64,000 bases of DNA from Methanocella sp. Its GTDB lineage: Archaea > Thermoproteota > Bathyarchaeia > Bathyarchaeales > Bathycorpusculaceae. The notes beneath the pieces were generated by a model that did no database searches, was not told the DNA's origin, and saw nothing but the letters and a program-made list of their open reading frames with translations. A program made the translations under genes and the position numbers. The stretch is from contig JBLNCY010000057.1 of assembly GCA_050261115.1 (NCBI GenBank), positions 1 to 64,000 on the forward strand. The letters are read 5' to 3'. Positions within the stretch are counted from its first letter, which is position 1; each line of letters begins with the position of its first letter. This document shows, one piece after another, positions 1-9,818 of the stretch.

Positions 1-762
1 GGTGGTACGTCTACTTTTGGGTTGGGTTTGATTTTCGGTGCTAACGTTGCTGACTTGACCTTAGTTATCGGGGTTGTGGTGTTGATTGCTGGAGAGCAGA
101 AGATAACTGGCGAGATGCTAAAGAGTCTACGTATCGCGTTTGTTGCTGTGCTTCTGCCTGTGTTTCTACTCTTAGATGGTGAAATATCTACCTTCGATGG
201 CATAATACTGGTGGCTGGGTTTGTGGTTTATGTTATTTGGTTACTCATGAGAGGGCGCGGCAATCGGGAAGTTGCCGAGCGCATGCGGTTATCCAAAAGA
301 GTGGTCAGATTAGGCATAACTGTTTTCCTATTAATTATCGGGATTACTGTTTTGTTTATTGGGAGTTCGCTTGTGACTGATTCGGCGCAGGTGCTTAGTG
401 AGACGCTTGGGTTGCCTTTGTTTTTGATTGGGCTTGTGGTTGCTATTGGTACTTGTTTGCCTGAGATGGCTTTTGCTATTCGGGCTACGGAGGCGGAGGG
501 CTCTATTGGTATTGGTAATATTTTAGGTAACGTTTTGGCTGATTCGATGTTGGTTATTGGTATTATTGCGCTTATTCAGCCTATTAGGTTGCATAGTATT
601 GTTTCTCCGTTAACCGCGGGGGTGTTTGTTGCGGCTTCTGCAGTCTTTGTTTATATGCGCTCAAAAGATGGCGATATTAACAAGAGAGATGGCACTTTGC
701 TAATTGGAGCATATGTGCTTTTTGTGCTAATTCAGTACTTGTTTGAAGTGTTCAAAATCTAA
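1..762 (+). CDS. Na+/Ca2+ (cation:calcium exchanger family) antiporter, 5'-truncated by window edge
   Basis: Frame is open from base 1; multi-TM protein with alpha-repeat motifs GANVADL and IGTCLPE...GNILGN. Confidence 0.85.
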   Translation, partial: GGTSTFGLGLIFGANVADLTLVIGVVVLIAGEQKITGEMLKSLRIAFVAVLLPVFLLLDGEISTFDGIILVAGFVVYVIWLLMRGRGNREVAERMRLSKRVVRLGITVFLLIIGITVLFIGSSLVTDSAQVLSETLGLPLFLIGLVVAIGTCLPEMAFAIRATEAEGSIGIGNILGNVLADSMLVIGIIALIQPIRLHSIVSPLTAGVFVAASAVFVYMRSKDGDINKRDGTLLIGAYVLFVLIQYLFEVFKI

Positions 763-869
763 GTGATAGATAGGCAGGACGGTTTTTTCTTTCCTTTCTT
801 TTGTGTTGCCCGCTTTTTAACTGAATGTTTATCTTCTAGCCGCTCGACAGACTTTACGGTGGTCTGGAT

Positions 870-1208
870 TTGCTGACGCTTTGGGCGAAAAAAGAGGTCT
901 TAGAATGGCTAAAGCAAGGTCTAAAAACTATTGATGTGCGTAAGGGTAAGCCGCGGCAAGGTGATCGGGTGCTTTTTGTTTCTGGGCCTCATCGGTTGGA
1001 GATGCGGATTGTTGATCGGCAGTCGGGTCTGCTTTCGGAGTTGATTCGGGTGGATAATTTTAGGTTGGTTATTCCTTCGGCCGGGTCAGTGGAGGAGGCT
1101 TGGGCTTATCTTGGTCGGTTTTATGGGAGTTATGATGGTGTGTTTACGGCTTATTTAGTTGAGCCAGTGACTGCTGCGGAAAGCGTCGATAAGAGTGGTG
1201 TTAGTTGA
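870..1208 (+). CDS. ASCH/PUA-like domain protein
   Basis: GLKTIDVR matches the ASCH GxKTxxxR motif; 112 aa. Confidence 0.7.
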   Translation: MLTLWAKKEVLEWLKQGLKTIDVRKGKPRQGDRVLFVSGPHRLEMRIVDRQSGLLSELIRVDNFRLVIPSAGSVEEAWAYLGRFYGSYDGVFTAYLVEPVTAAESVDKSGVS

Positions 1209-1321
1209 ATGTTTGCTCTTTTTATTTTACGTTTTTCGTAGTAATAATGTGTTAAACGTAATGCTTAAATATGGTGGGCGGTAATACAGATGCCGACAAA
1301 AAACACACAGAGGAACCAAAA

Positions 1322-2359
1322 GTGACAGCATTCAGCGGCACGTACACCGCATTAATAACTCCCCTGCACAAAAATCGCCAAGTCGACTACGAAGGGCTAC
1401 AGCAGCTAGTAGACTTCCAAATCAAAAACCGCATAAGCGGCTTGCTAGCCGTCGGAACAACCGGCGAAAGCCCAACGCTAGACTGGAATGAACACAGCCA
1501 AGTAATCGAACACGTTAACGAATACACCTCCAAACGCGCCCAAACCATAGCAGGAACAGGCAGCAACAGCACACAGGAAGCTATCGAGGGCACCGAACAC
1601 GCCCAAAACGCAGGCGTCAACGCTGTACTACTCGTAGATCCATACTACAACGGCCCCAGCTCCATGGAAATCAGGCGCGAATACATCCATCCTATCGCAG
1701 AGAAATTCCCCGAAATGCAAATCATCCCCTACATCATCCCCGGCAGAACAGGCTGCCAACTGCTCCCGCAAGACCTCGCGCTTCTGCATGAGCAGTTTCC
1801 TAACGTACGCTGTGTCAAGGAAGCAACCGGCGACCTAAATAATATGGAGCTAACCCGCAAACTCTGCGGAAAAGACTTCGACATCCTCTCAGGAGACGAC
1901 GACAAGACCTACACTATGATGGTTTCGCCTAACATTGAAGCCAGCGGCGTCATCTCCGTTATCTCTAATGTTGCCCCCGGCGCATTAAGCGACATGGTAC
2001 ACTACATACTAGACGGAAACCAAGAGGCTGCAACGGTAATTCAGCAGGCTCTCCAGCCGCTCTTTGGCTTAGTTACAGTAAAGACCACCGAGGAAACCAA
2101 GTATGGACCAGTCGTTTGCAAGGCACGCAACCCACTGCCCATCAAGACGTTGATGAACATTTTGGGCATGCCATCCGGTCCCTGCAGGCAACCCTTAGGC
2201 AAAATGACCCGCCAAGGCGTCAATGTCGTCTTAGCGGCAGCACGCAAAATCTGGGAAACTAACCCACAAGTCCTTGAGCCAATAGAGGCTAGCTTTGACG
2301 TAAAATTAGCCAACCGCCTATACAACGAGAAGTACCTAGAGGGACTCTACTATGCTTAA
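1322..2359 (+). CDS. dapA: 4-hydroxy-tetrahydrodipicolinate synthase
   Basis: GTTGESPTL, PYYN, Schiff-base VKEA, LSGDD; GTG start at 1322 follows GAGGA (ORF track starts at 1271). Confidence 0.95.
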   Translation: MTAFSGTYTALITPLHKNRQVDYEGLQQLVDFQIKNRISGLLAVGTTGESPTLDWNEHSQVIEHVNEYTSKRAQTIAGTGSNSTQEAIEGTEHAQNAGVNAVLLVDPYYNGPSSMEIRREYIHPIAEKFPEMQIIPYIIPGRTGCQLLPQDLALLHEQFPNVRCVKEATGDLNNMELTRKLCGKDFDILSGDDDKTYTMMVSPNIEASGVISVISNVAPGALSDMVHYILDGNQEAATVIQQALQPLFGLVTVKTTEETKYGPVVCKARNPLPIKTLMNILGMPSGPCRQPLGKMTRQGVNVVLAAARKIWETNPQVLEPIEASFDVKLANRLYNEKYLEGLYYA

Positions 2360-3143
2360 GCTCTGCGTCGCAGGCGCAGCAGGCCGCATGGGACAAGCAA
2401 TCATAAACGATGCCCTATGCAAGGGACATCAAATAGGCGGAGCCATCGAGGCCCCCAACAGCCCTGCGGTAGGAAAAACCCTACGTGACCTTGGCATGGG
2501 TTCAAACACAAAAATCTTAAGCGCCACCAACATCCGCGAAGCACTCTCTGATGCTGACGTCTTTGTTTCTTTCACTTCGCCAGCCGCCGACCTAATAAAC
2601 ATACCTATAGCGGTAGAAATGGGCAAACGCATAGTACTGGGCACTACAGGATTCACAGCCGACCAAAACAAGCAAGTCATAGACGCCATGAACGGCAAAG
2701 TTCCCGCTGTGTTCTCACCCAACTACAGCATAGGCGTAAACATACTCTTCAAACTAGCCGAGCAACTCAAAGCGTTCCCGCAAGGCTATGATGTAAGCAT
2801 AAGCGAAATCCACCACGCAGGCAAAATGGATGCGCCCAGTGGAACTGCCAAAAAGATCGAGCAGATCATTTGCCAAGCCCGTAACTACAACAAAACAGTG
2901 TATGGTCGAGAAGGCATGTGTTCACGGCAATCTGGTGAACTCGAATCTGTCGCCATGCGGTTAGGTGGGGTTCCCGGAATCCACGGCATAATGGTCGCGG
3001 GCCCAAACGAGATGCTCCGTATTGAGCACACTGCGTTTACACGTGACGTCTTTGCACAGGGCGCCGTTACTGCGGCTGAATGGATCATTAAGCAGACCCA
3101 GCCGAGTATCTATAGCATGGCTGATGTATTAGGCTTAGCTTAA
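2352..3143 (+). CDS. dapB: 4-hydroxy-tetrahydrodipicolinate reductase
   Basis: GAAGRMG, GTTG, EIHHAGKMDAPSGTA motifs; overlaps dapA. Confidence 0.95.
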   Translation: MLKLCVAGAAGRMGQAIINDALCKGHQIGGAIEAPNSPAVGKTLRDLGMGSNTKILSATNIREALSDADVFVSFTSPAADLINIPIAVEMGKRIVLGTTGFTADQNKQVIDAMNGKVPAVFSPNYSIGVNILFKLAEQLKAFPQGYDVSISEIHHAGKMDAPSGTAKKIEQIICQARNYNKTVYGREGMCSRQSGELESVAMRLGGVPGIHGIMVAGPNEMLRIEHTAFTRDVFAQGAVTAAEWIIKQTQPSIYSMADVLGLA

Positions 3144-3215
3144 GTCAATATGCTACCATTAACCTTTTTATTTGGTGTAATATAGAAAGAAACAGTCAAG
3201 GACGAGGAATAAAAA

Positions 3216-4274
3216 ATGCCGAATAAGCGGAAAGTCGCCATCTTGGGCGCAACCGGAGCCGTTGGACAACGGTATATTCAACTCTTGCAGAATCACCCCT
3301 GGTTTGAGATATCAGTATTAGCCGCCTCAGAAAAGAGTGCTGGTAAAAAGTATAAGGATGCAGCTACGTGGCTTATGGAGACCGAGTTGCCTGGGGAGAT
3401 AGCGGAGATGCCCGTTGCCAACATAGACGTTAAGTCATGCGAGGCAGTTGGCGACTTTGACTTAGTCTTCACTTCGCTGCCGGGTGACCTTGCGGGTCCA
3501 ACAGAGAATGCATTTGCCGCCGAATACCCCGTGTTCAGCAAGGCAAGCGCACACCGCATGGACAAAGATGTGCCGCTTATCATTCCCGAAATCAACCCTG
3601 GCCATGCAGAGCTAATCAGGGTTCAGCAGAAGAACCGAGGCTGGAAGGGCTTTATCACAACCGACCCCAACTGTAGCACCATTGGATTAGCCCTCACCTT
3701 AGCGCCGCTTAGGCAGTTTGGCATAAAGCAAGTCCTGGTAACCACAATGCAGGCGCTCAGCGGAGCCGGCTACCCCGGAGTTCCATCCCTTGACATCCTC
3801 GACAACGTTGTGCCCTTCATTTCTGGCGAAGAGGAAAAAATGGAAAGCGAAGCACAAAAAATCCTTGGCGAATTTGATGGAGAGGCAATCAAGTTTGCCG
3901 ATTTCCAAGCCAGCGCAAGCTGCAACCGCGTAAACGTCAAAGACGGCCATCTGGAATCCGTATTCGTTAAACTAGAACGGGACCCCTCGCTTGAGGAAGT
4001 TGAGGCAGCGTTTGTAGCTTTTAGGGGTGAACCTCAGAAGCTCAAGTTGCCCAGCGCGCCAGAGCAGCCAATTATCGTGCGTCATGAAAAGAACCGGCCC
4101 CAACCAAGATACGACCGCGATGCAGGTGCAGGTCAAAGCGTCGTCGTGGGGCGCCTACGTAAGGATCCAATCATGACAATCAAGTACATGTGCCTTAGCC
4201 ACAACACGGTGCGGGGCGCAGCAGGCGGTGGAATCCTTAGCGCGGAGCTCTATGTAGCCAAAGGCCTCGCATAA
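3216..4274 (+). CDS. asd: Aspartate-semialdehyde dehydrogenase (archaeal/fungal type)
   Basis: GATGAVGQ, PNCST, QALSGAG, HNTVRGAAG. Confidence 0.95.
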   Translation: MPNKRKVAILGATGAVGQRYIQLLQNHPWFEISVLAASEKSAGKKYKDAATWLMETELPGEIAEMPVANIDVKSCEAVGDFDLVFTSLPGDLAGPTENAFAAEYPVFSKASAHRMDKDVPLIIPEINPGHAELIRVQQKNRGWKGFITTDPNCSTIGLALTLAPLRQFGIKQVLVTTMQALSGAGYPGVPSLDILDNVVPFISGEEEKMESEAQKILGEFDGEAIKFADFQASASCNRVNVKDGHLESVFVKLERDPSLEEVEAAFVAFRGEPQKLKLPSAPEQPIIVRHEKNRPQPRYDRDAGAGQSVVVGRLRKDPIMTIKYMCLSHNTVRGAAGGGILSAELYVAKGLA

Positions 4275-4313
4275 CCCCCTCTCTTTCCTTAATCTGGTAA
4301 TTCGGTGAAGCGG

Positions 4314-5603
4314 ATGACAAAGAAGAAACTACGTGAACCTCTTGAAGATCGAAGGGGAAGCCTCTATTTCGACGGCTTCTCAGTTAAGGAACTTGCAGAG
4401 AAATATGACACACCTCTCTACTTGACAAGTGAGAAGCGTATCCGAGACAACTACGATAGGCTCTACGGCGCATTGGTAAATAACTACAAGTATGTGCGCA
4501 TTTACTATGCCGCTAAAGCCAACACAAACCTAAACGTTCTACGTATCCTACAATCTCAGGGCGCATATCTAGACACGGTAAGCCCTGGCGAAGTCTTCCT
4601 CGCTCTAAGCGCAGGCTTCACACCTGATCGAATCATGTTCACCGGCACAAGCGTCCGAAACGATGAACTCAAGATGCTAGCCGACGCCAACATCACCATA
4701 AACGTCGACTCCCAAAGCGAACTGGATCGGTTACTCAAGATCTCGGTACCTCAAATTCTTTCAGTCCGCGTTAATCCGGAAGTCGGCGCAGGCCACCACA
4801 GTCACTGCATCACCGCAGGCCCCGAATCCAAGTTTGGTCTCTGGGAAGAAGAAGTTATCCAGGCATACGCCATCGCCCAGCGGGCTCGCGTGGGGCGCTT
4901 TGGCATCCACATGCATATCGGGTCAGGCATTCTTGACCCCGAACCCTACGCCCTAGCCGTTGAGAAGCTACTCAGCATTGCAAGGCGCGTACACAAGGAA
5001 GTGGGTATTGATTTTGAATTCATAGACATAGGCGGCGGTTTAGGCGTCCCCTACAGACCTGAGGATCCCGAACTTGACTTAAACGCGTACTCCAACAAGG
5101 TGGTGGGTCTCTTTAAGAGTAAGGTCAAAGAGTACGGTTTAGGCAAGCCTTTCCTGTTTGTAGAGCCCGGTCGCTATCTAGTATGTGACTCCACCATCCT
5201 GCTAACAACAGTTAACACCGTAAAGGTCACCCCCAGCCACAAGTACGTCGGCGTGGACGCAGGGTTTAACACGCTTGTTCGGCCAACAATGTATGGCAGC
5301 TACCACCACATCCTAGTAGCCAACAAGCTAAACGCTCCAGAAAAAGAGATCTATCAAGTCGCTGGCCCCATATGCGAATCAGGTGACCTACTCGCAAAAG
5401 ACCGCCTGCTCCCCGAAATAGCCGAAGGTGACTTACTAGCCATCTTGAATGCCGGTGCGTATGGGTTCAGTATGAGCAGCCAGTACAACAGTCGCCCAAG
5501 AGCCGCCGAGGTTATGATAAAAGCTGGCAAGCCCGTGGTTGTCCGTGAGAGGGAACAGTTAAAAGACCTGTTAGCTAATCAGCGAGTACAGAGTGAGCAA
5601 TAA
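4314..5603 (+). CDS. lysA: Diaminopimelate decarboxylase
   Basis: YAAKAN (PLP lysine), HIGS, DIGGG, EPGR, CESGD, GAYG. Confidence 0.95.
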   Translation: MTKKKLREPLEDRRGSLYFDGFSVKELAEKYDTPLYLTSEKRIRDNYDRLYGALVNNYKYVRIYYAAKANTNLNVLRILQSQGAYLDTVSPGEVFLALSAGFTPDRIMFTGTSVRNDELKMLADANITINVDSQSELDRLLKISVPQILSVRVNPEVGAGHHSHCITAGPESKFGLWEEEVIQAYAIAQRARVGRFGIHMHIGSGILDPEPYALAVEKLLSIARRVHKEVGIDFEFIDIGGGLGVPYRPEDPELDLNAYSNKVVGLFKSKVKEYGLGKPFLFVEPGRYLVCDSTILLTTVNTVKVTPSHKYVGVDAGFNTLVRPTMYGSYHHILVANKLNAPEKEIYQVAGPICESGDLLAKDRLLPEIAEGDLLAILNAGAYGFSMSSQYNSRPRAAEVMIKAGKPVVVREREQLKDLLANQRVQSEQ

Positions 5604-6445
5604 TGCAGTTCTGGAAGATGCATGGACTAGGCAACGACTATGTGGTCATAGATAACCGCGACAACAAAATCCCCGACACAGGCAAAAACATAGCGCGGGT
5701 TGCGACGGAGCTTTGCGAGCGACGCTTTAGCGTCGGTGCGGATGGGTTACTTTTGGTTTACCCTTCAGGAGTTGCGGATATGAAAATGCGCATTTTTAAC
5801 TCGGATGGCAGCGAAGCTGAAATGTGCGGCAATGGCATTCGATGTTTCAGCAAATACTGCTATGAAACTGGTATAGTCAAGAAGACTGAATTCACTGTTG
5901 AAACCTTAGGCGGCACTAAGCGCGTCTGGTTAAATCTCAAAGGCAGCGAGGTTGCTTCGGTTCGGGTTGATATGGGCGCTCCGAAGTGGGAGCGCGCAGC
6001 TATCCCCATGATAGGTGAAGGCACCGCCATAAACGAAACCCTCCTAGTCGACGGTGAACCCTACATCATAACCTGCCTCTCGATGGGTAATCCCCACTGC
6101 GTCACCTTTGTTGAGAACGTTGATGAGTTCCCTGTGGACTATGTCGGGGACTTAATTGAGCACGACAAGATTTTCCCTAAGAAAACTAACGTGGGGTTTG
6201 CTCAAGTCAAAAACTCTTGTGAGATGCACCTGAGGGTTTGGGAGCGGGGCTGTGGCGAAACTTTGGCCTGTGGAACTGGAACTTGCGCGGCGGTGGCGGT
6301 CGCTAACCGACTGGGCAAGGTGGGCAAGAAAGTTTTGGTTCATTTGTTGGGTGGCGATCTTGAGGTTGAAGTCGGCGAATCGTCGCTGTTTATGACTGGT
6401 GAAGCTGAGAAAGTGTTTGAAGGTAACTTATTCAAGGAGATATGA
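5603..6445 (+). CDS. dapF: Diaminopimelate epimerase
   Basis: KMHGLGNDY, EMCGNG, GNPH, ERGCGETLACGTG. Confidence 0.95.
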   Translation: MQFWKMHGLGNDYVVIDNRDNKIPDTGKNIARVATELCERRFSVGADGLLLVYPSGVADMKMRIFNSDGSEAEMCGNGIRCFSKYCYETGIVKKTEFTVETLGGTKRVWLNLKGSEVASVRVDMGAPKWERAAIPMIGEGTAINETLLVDGEPYIITCLSMGNPHCVTFVENVDEFPVDYVGDLIEHDKIFPKKTNVGFAQVKNSCEMHLRVWERGCGETLACGTGTCAAVAVANRLGKVGKKVLVHLLGGDLEVEVGESSLFMTGEAEKVFEGNLFKEI

Positions 6446-7608
6446 GTTTGACATTTGAGTATGCAGATCGAATTAAACGGTTACCTCCCTACTTGTTTGC
6501 AGAGATGGAGCGAATCCAAAACGAGAAAAAAGCCCAAGGCGTAGATTTGATCTCGTTGAGCATTGGCGACCCTGATTTGCCGCCGCCCCAGTTTGTCTTA
6601 GATGCACTCAAAGAGGAGGCTGCGAACCTAAAGAACCACAATTACTCTTTTAGCCAGGGTGAACCTGATTTCCGCTCTGCAGTTTCAGGTTGGTATAAGA
6701 AACGCTTTAACGCCGACATCCAGCATGATGAAGTGGTTGCTTTGCTGGGTTCTAAAGAGGGCTTAGCTAATATTGGTCGTGCCTTCATAAACCCCGGTGA
6801 TCGCGTGCTATGCCCTGATCCCGCATACCCGGTTTACGCCAACGGCAGCACCATTTTGTGTGATGGCACCCCTGTTGCTTTGCCTTTACTAGCGGAGGAT
6901 GGGTTCCGACCAGATTTTAACGCGATCGATGCGAGGCGTGTTCGTTTAATGTATCTTAACTACCCTAACAATCCAACTGCCGCAACGGTTGACAAAAAAG
7001 TCCTCAAAGAAGCAGTAGACTTCGCTAAAGACAACGACATTATCCTCTGCTATGACAACGCCTACTCAGAAATCACCTACGACGGTTACCGCGCTCCAAG
7101 TATATTTGAAGTGGATGGCTCCATGGATGTAGCAGTAGAGTTTAACTCGCTGTCTAAAACCTTCAACATGACCGGTGACCGCATAGGGTTTGCTGTGGGC
7201 AACAAAACCCTCATTGCAGGCTTAACCAAGGTAAAATCACAAATCGATTCAGGGCCACCGGTTTACACGCAGCGGGTTGCAGTTAAAGCCCTTGCCAGCT
7301 ACAAGAACGCAGAGGCACCAGAGTTCCTAGCGAAGAACAACTCGATTTTGCAAAAACGCCGCGACATACTCTTTGACACCTTTACAAAACTGGGGTTCAA
7401 ATGTGAAAAGCCAAAGTCAACTTTCTACATGTGGGTTAACATCAGAGGTGACTCGATGGCGTTTGCCAAGAAACTGCTTGATGTTGGCGTTGCTGTTACT
7501 CCGGGGGTTGGTTTTGGTAGGAACGGTGAAGGGTTTATCCGTATTACCTTTACGCAGCCCATTGAGCGTATTGTTGAGGCCTGTGAGCGCATAAAAAGCG
7601 CTTTTTAG
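6442..7608 (+). CDS. dapL: LL-diaminopimelate aminotransferase
   Basis: Class I/II aminotransferase (NYPNNPT, SLSKTFNMTGDRIG) beginning RLPPYLF; last gene of the dap operon. Confidence 0.85.
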   Translation: MSLTFEYADRIKRLPPYLFAEMERIQNEKKAQGVDLISLSIGDPDLPPPQFVLDALKEEAANLKNHNYSFSQGEPDFRSAVSGWYKKRFNADIQHDEVVALLGSKEGLANIGRAFINPGDRVLCPDPAYPVYANGSTILCDGTPVALPLLAEDGFRPDFNAIDARRVRLMYLNYPNNPTAATVDKKVLKEAVDFAKDNDIILCYDNAYSEITYDGYRAPSIFEVDGSMDVAVEFNSLSKTFNMTGDRIGFAVGNKTLIAGLTKVKSQIDSGPPVYTQRVAVKALASYKNAEAPEFLAKNNSILQKRRDILFDTFTKLGFKCEKPKSTFYMWVNIRGDSMAFAKKLLDVGVAVTPGVGFGRNGEGFIRITFTQPIERIVEACERIKSAF

Positions 7609-7674
7609 CCTTTTTTCCATTTTTAGCAAAGATTAATTGTTAGTGGCGCGAGTGTTTAGTGCTTGTTGGGTTGG

Positions 7675-8763
7675 TTAGTTATCTCGATTTAAGCTTTGTT
7701 GTCTGTTTCTTAGGTAGATGTTGCTGGTTGGGATTGCGAATTCTATGCCTTCACGCTCAAACGCTTCTTTTATTCCCAAGTTGATGTGCTGCTGAATGTT
7801 GAGGTACTCGGTGTAATCTGAGGAATTTACGTAGTATACTATTTGGAATTTTAAGCTGAATTCCCCATATTCGAAAAAGTGCACTCTGTCTAATTCGGCT
7901 CTGTCTAGGCAATCGAATATATCTTTGATTAAGAAGGGGATCTTTTTTAGCTTCTCAACTTTTGTGTCGTATGTTACCCCGATGCTGAATGAGATTCGTC
8001 TTTTAACGAGCTTCTTAAAGTTTCGGACATTTGTAGCTGTGATTTCCTTGTTGGGTACTATGAGTTCTTCGCCTTGCAGCAGCTTTATTCTGGTTGACTT
8101 TAACCCGATGTTGGTCACAATTCCGCTGTATTCGCCGATAATTACGAAGTCGCCTAGTTCGAAGGGTCGGTCGAAGTAGATTGAGAATGCACTAAAGAAG
8201 TCGCTTAGAGTATTTTGAAGGGCAAATGCTATGACTATGCCTCCGACCCCTAAACCGACTAATGCGCCGGTTAAGTCAACTTGGAAGGCGTAGAGTATGA
8301 TTAATATGGCGAATGCGAAGACGACTAATTGGATTACTTTCTTTAAGATGAATAGTAGGTGATGGCTGTTCTGGCCATTGATTAGGGCGGTTTTGCTTGC
8401 ATACCAGTCCGCAACTATGTTTGATACTCTTGTAATTGCGAAGGCACAGAGCAGTATCTGCAGTACAAGGAAAATACCTGAAATGGTTTCACCGTATGGT
8501 TCTAGGAAGGATAGGGGCGAGAGTGCGTATCCGACCCCGAAAATTATGATCAATATTATTACTATGGCTCTGACGGCGGAGACTATGTCATCGTCAAGTT
8601 TGGTCTCTGTTTTTTTTACCCAAGCGGAAAAGTACCTTATAGAAACGAAATAAGCCATCCATCCAATGACTGCGACAACAGCAAGAATCAGGATTGACGT
8701 CATGATCTCAGCGTTTCCTGGACTGATGTTGAACGTTTGCTGTATTGTCTGGGTTAGGTTCAT
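7675..8763 (-). CDS. mscS: Small-conductance mechanosensitive channel (MscS family)
   Basis: FALQNTLSDFFS..DRPFELGD, IGLKST, IVPNK, FEREGIEFA. Confidence 0.9.
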   Translation of the reverse strand: MNLTQTIQQTFNISPGNAEIMTSILILAVVAVIGWMAYFVSIRYFSAWVKKTETKLDDDIVSAVRAIVIILIIIFGVGYALSPLSFLEPYGETISGIFLVLQILLCAFAITRVSNIVADWYASKTALINGQNSHHLLFILKKVIQLVVFAFAILIILYAFQVDLTGALVGLGVGGIVIAFALQNTLSDFFSAFSIYFDRPFELGDFVIIGEYSGIVTNIGLKSTRIKLLQGEELIVPNKEITATNVRNFKKLVKRRISFSIGVTYDTKVEKLKKIPFLIKDIFDCLDRAELDRVHFFEYGEFSLKFQIVYYVNSSDYTEYLNIQQHINLGIKEAFEREGIEFAIPTSNIYLRNRQQSLNRDN

Positions 8764-8935
8764 CCCGTCTCTCACTTCTACCCTTGATTGTTTGAGCGAA
8801 TGAACAAATTAATTAATAAATCTAGTCATTCCTGAGGACCATTGAGTGCTAAATTAAGAATGAAAGTTTTATCAAAAACAGTTCAGCCCAAACTCGTACC
8901 TGCAAAAATTTTTTCGCACCCTTACTGCGGAGTTG

Positions 8936-9580
8936 CTAATTGCTATTGTCTGGTAGCTTGATTTGGCTGCGTTTCCTATTGATTATAGTTGACTCGGCAA
9001 GGTACTCCTTCTTTGGATGGATCATCGTTGCCAGCTTCTTTTTTGATACATAATTTGATGCCATTTTGTAGGGGCGGTAAATGAATGCGTAATGCATGGC
9101 GGCAAGCCCCATAAACAGGCCTCCTGCCCACAGTGGCACTACAAAGAGGAAAAAGTAAAAGTTCCAAACGTCTACGCTTCCTAAAACCGGAACCTCAACC
9201 GGCGGGGGATACTGCATGTTTGTCCAGTAGAAGCTGCCCAGCATGAAGTTTAGGGTGTTGAATCCTAACCCGCTTAGGACAATAGCTGCAAAGAAGGAGG
9301 CGCACTGTAGAATGGTTTGTTTTGGCGTTTTGTTGTGTACCGAAAACGCGGATAACGCTAACCCTGTGAATAAGCCGCCTATGGCGACTGCTGAGAGCCC
9401 AAAAATGCTATAGGCGTATTTTGCGTCTATGACAAAATAGTTGTTCATGTGCCATTGATGGGTTGCTTTCTCGTTATACCATTCGGCGCCGATGGTGACG
9501 CCGGTGTTTATGCTGTAGCCAAGCAGGGATAGCGCTACAATTGTCAGTAAGCATATGACTGGAACTGTGCGTTCCTTCAT
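8936..9580 (-). CDS. Hypothetical 4-TM membrane protein
   Basis: Hydrophobic segments; ATG at 9580 follows GGGAAGAG; no recognised family. Confidence 0.7.
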   Translation of the reverse strand: MKERTVPVICLLTIVALSLLGYSINTGVTIGAEWYNEKATHQWHMNNYFVIDAKYAYSIFGLSAVAIGGLFTGLALSAFSVHNKTPKQTILQCASFFAAIVLSGLGFNTLNFMLGSFYWTNMQYPPPVEVPVLGSVDVWNFYFFLFVVPLWAGGLFMGLAAMHYAFIYRPYKMASNYVSKKKLATMIHPKKEYLAESTIINRKRSQIKLPDNSN

Positions 9581-9639
9581 TCTCTCTTCCCGGCAAGAAA
9601 CTAGCAACTTTTGCAATTAAATATTCTTACAAGACACCG

Positions 9640-9750
9640 ATTGCCCAAACAAGAATAGTGCCGAGCGTTTGTTTTGGACAGGGGTTAAGAGTTGTGTGGA
9701 GAAGCAGTTAGGATGGCGAACCATCAATTCTTTCCCTCTTAACCATTCAC
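9640..9750 (-). ncRNA. Candidate structured small RNA (two hairpins, UUCG-capped)
   Basis: Perfect 9-bp stem GGTTAAGAG (9683-9691)/CTCTTAACC (9736-9744) enclosing GATGG-TTCG-CCATC on the minus strand; a second imperfect hairpin at about 9642-9680. Confidence 0.3.
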
Positions 9751-9818
9751 GAGTAGGCGGTTTTTCTAGTAAAGGTTTATGAAAACATAGTACAGATACA
9801 AAATAAAGAAAACAGGGG

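Noticed and set aside
9695-9735. Resemblance of GATGG.TTCGCCAT..AACTGC (minus strand) to a fluoride riboswitch
   Set aside because: It lacks the 5' pairing segment and the downstream GCU(A/G)AUGAC pseudoknot strand, and no fluoride exporter follows
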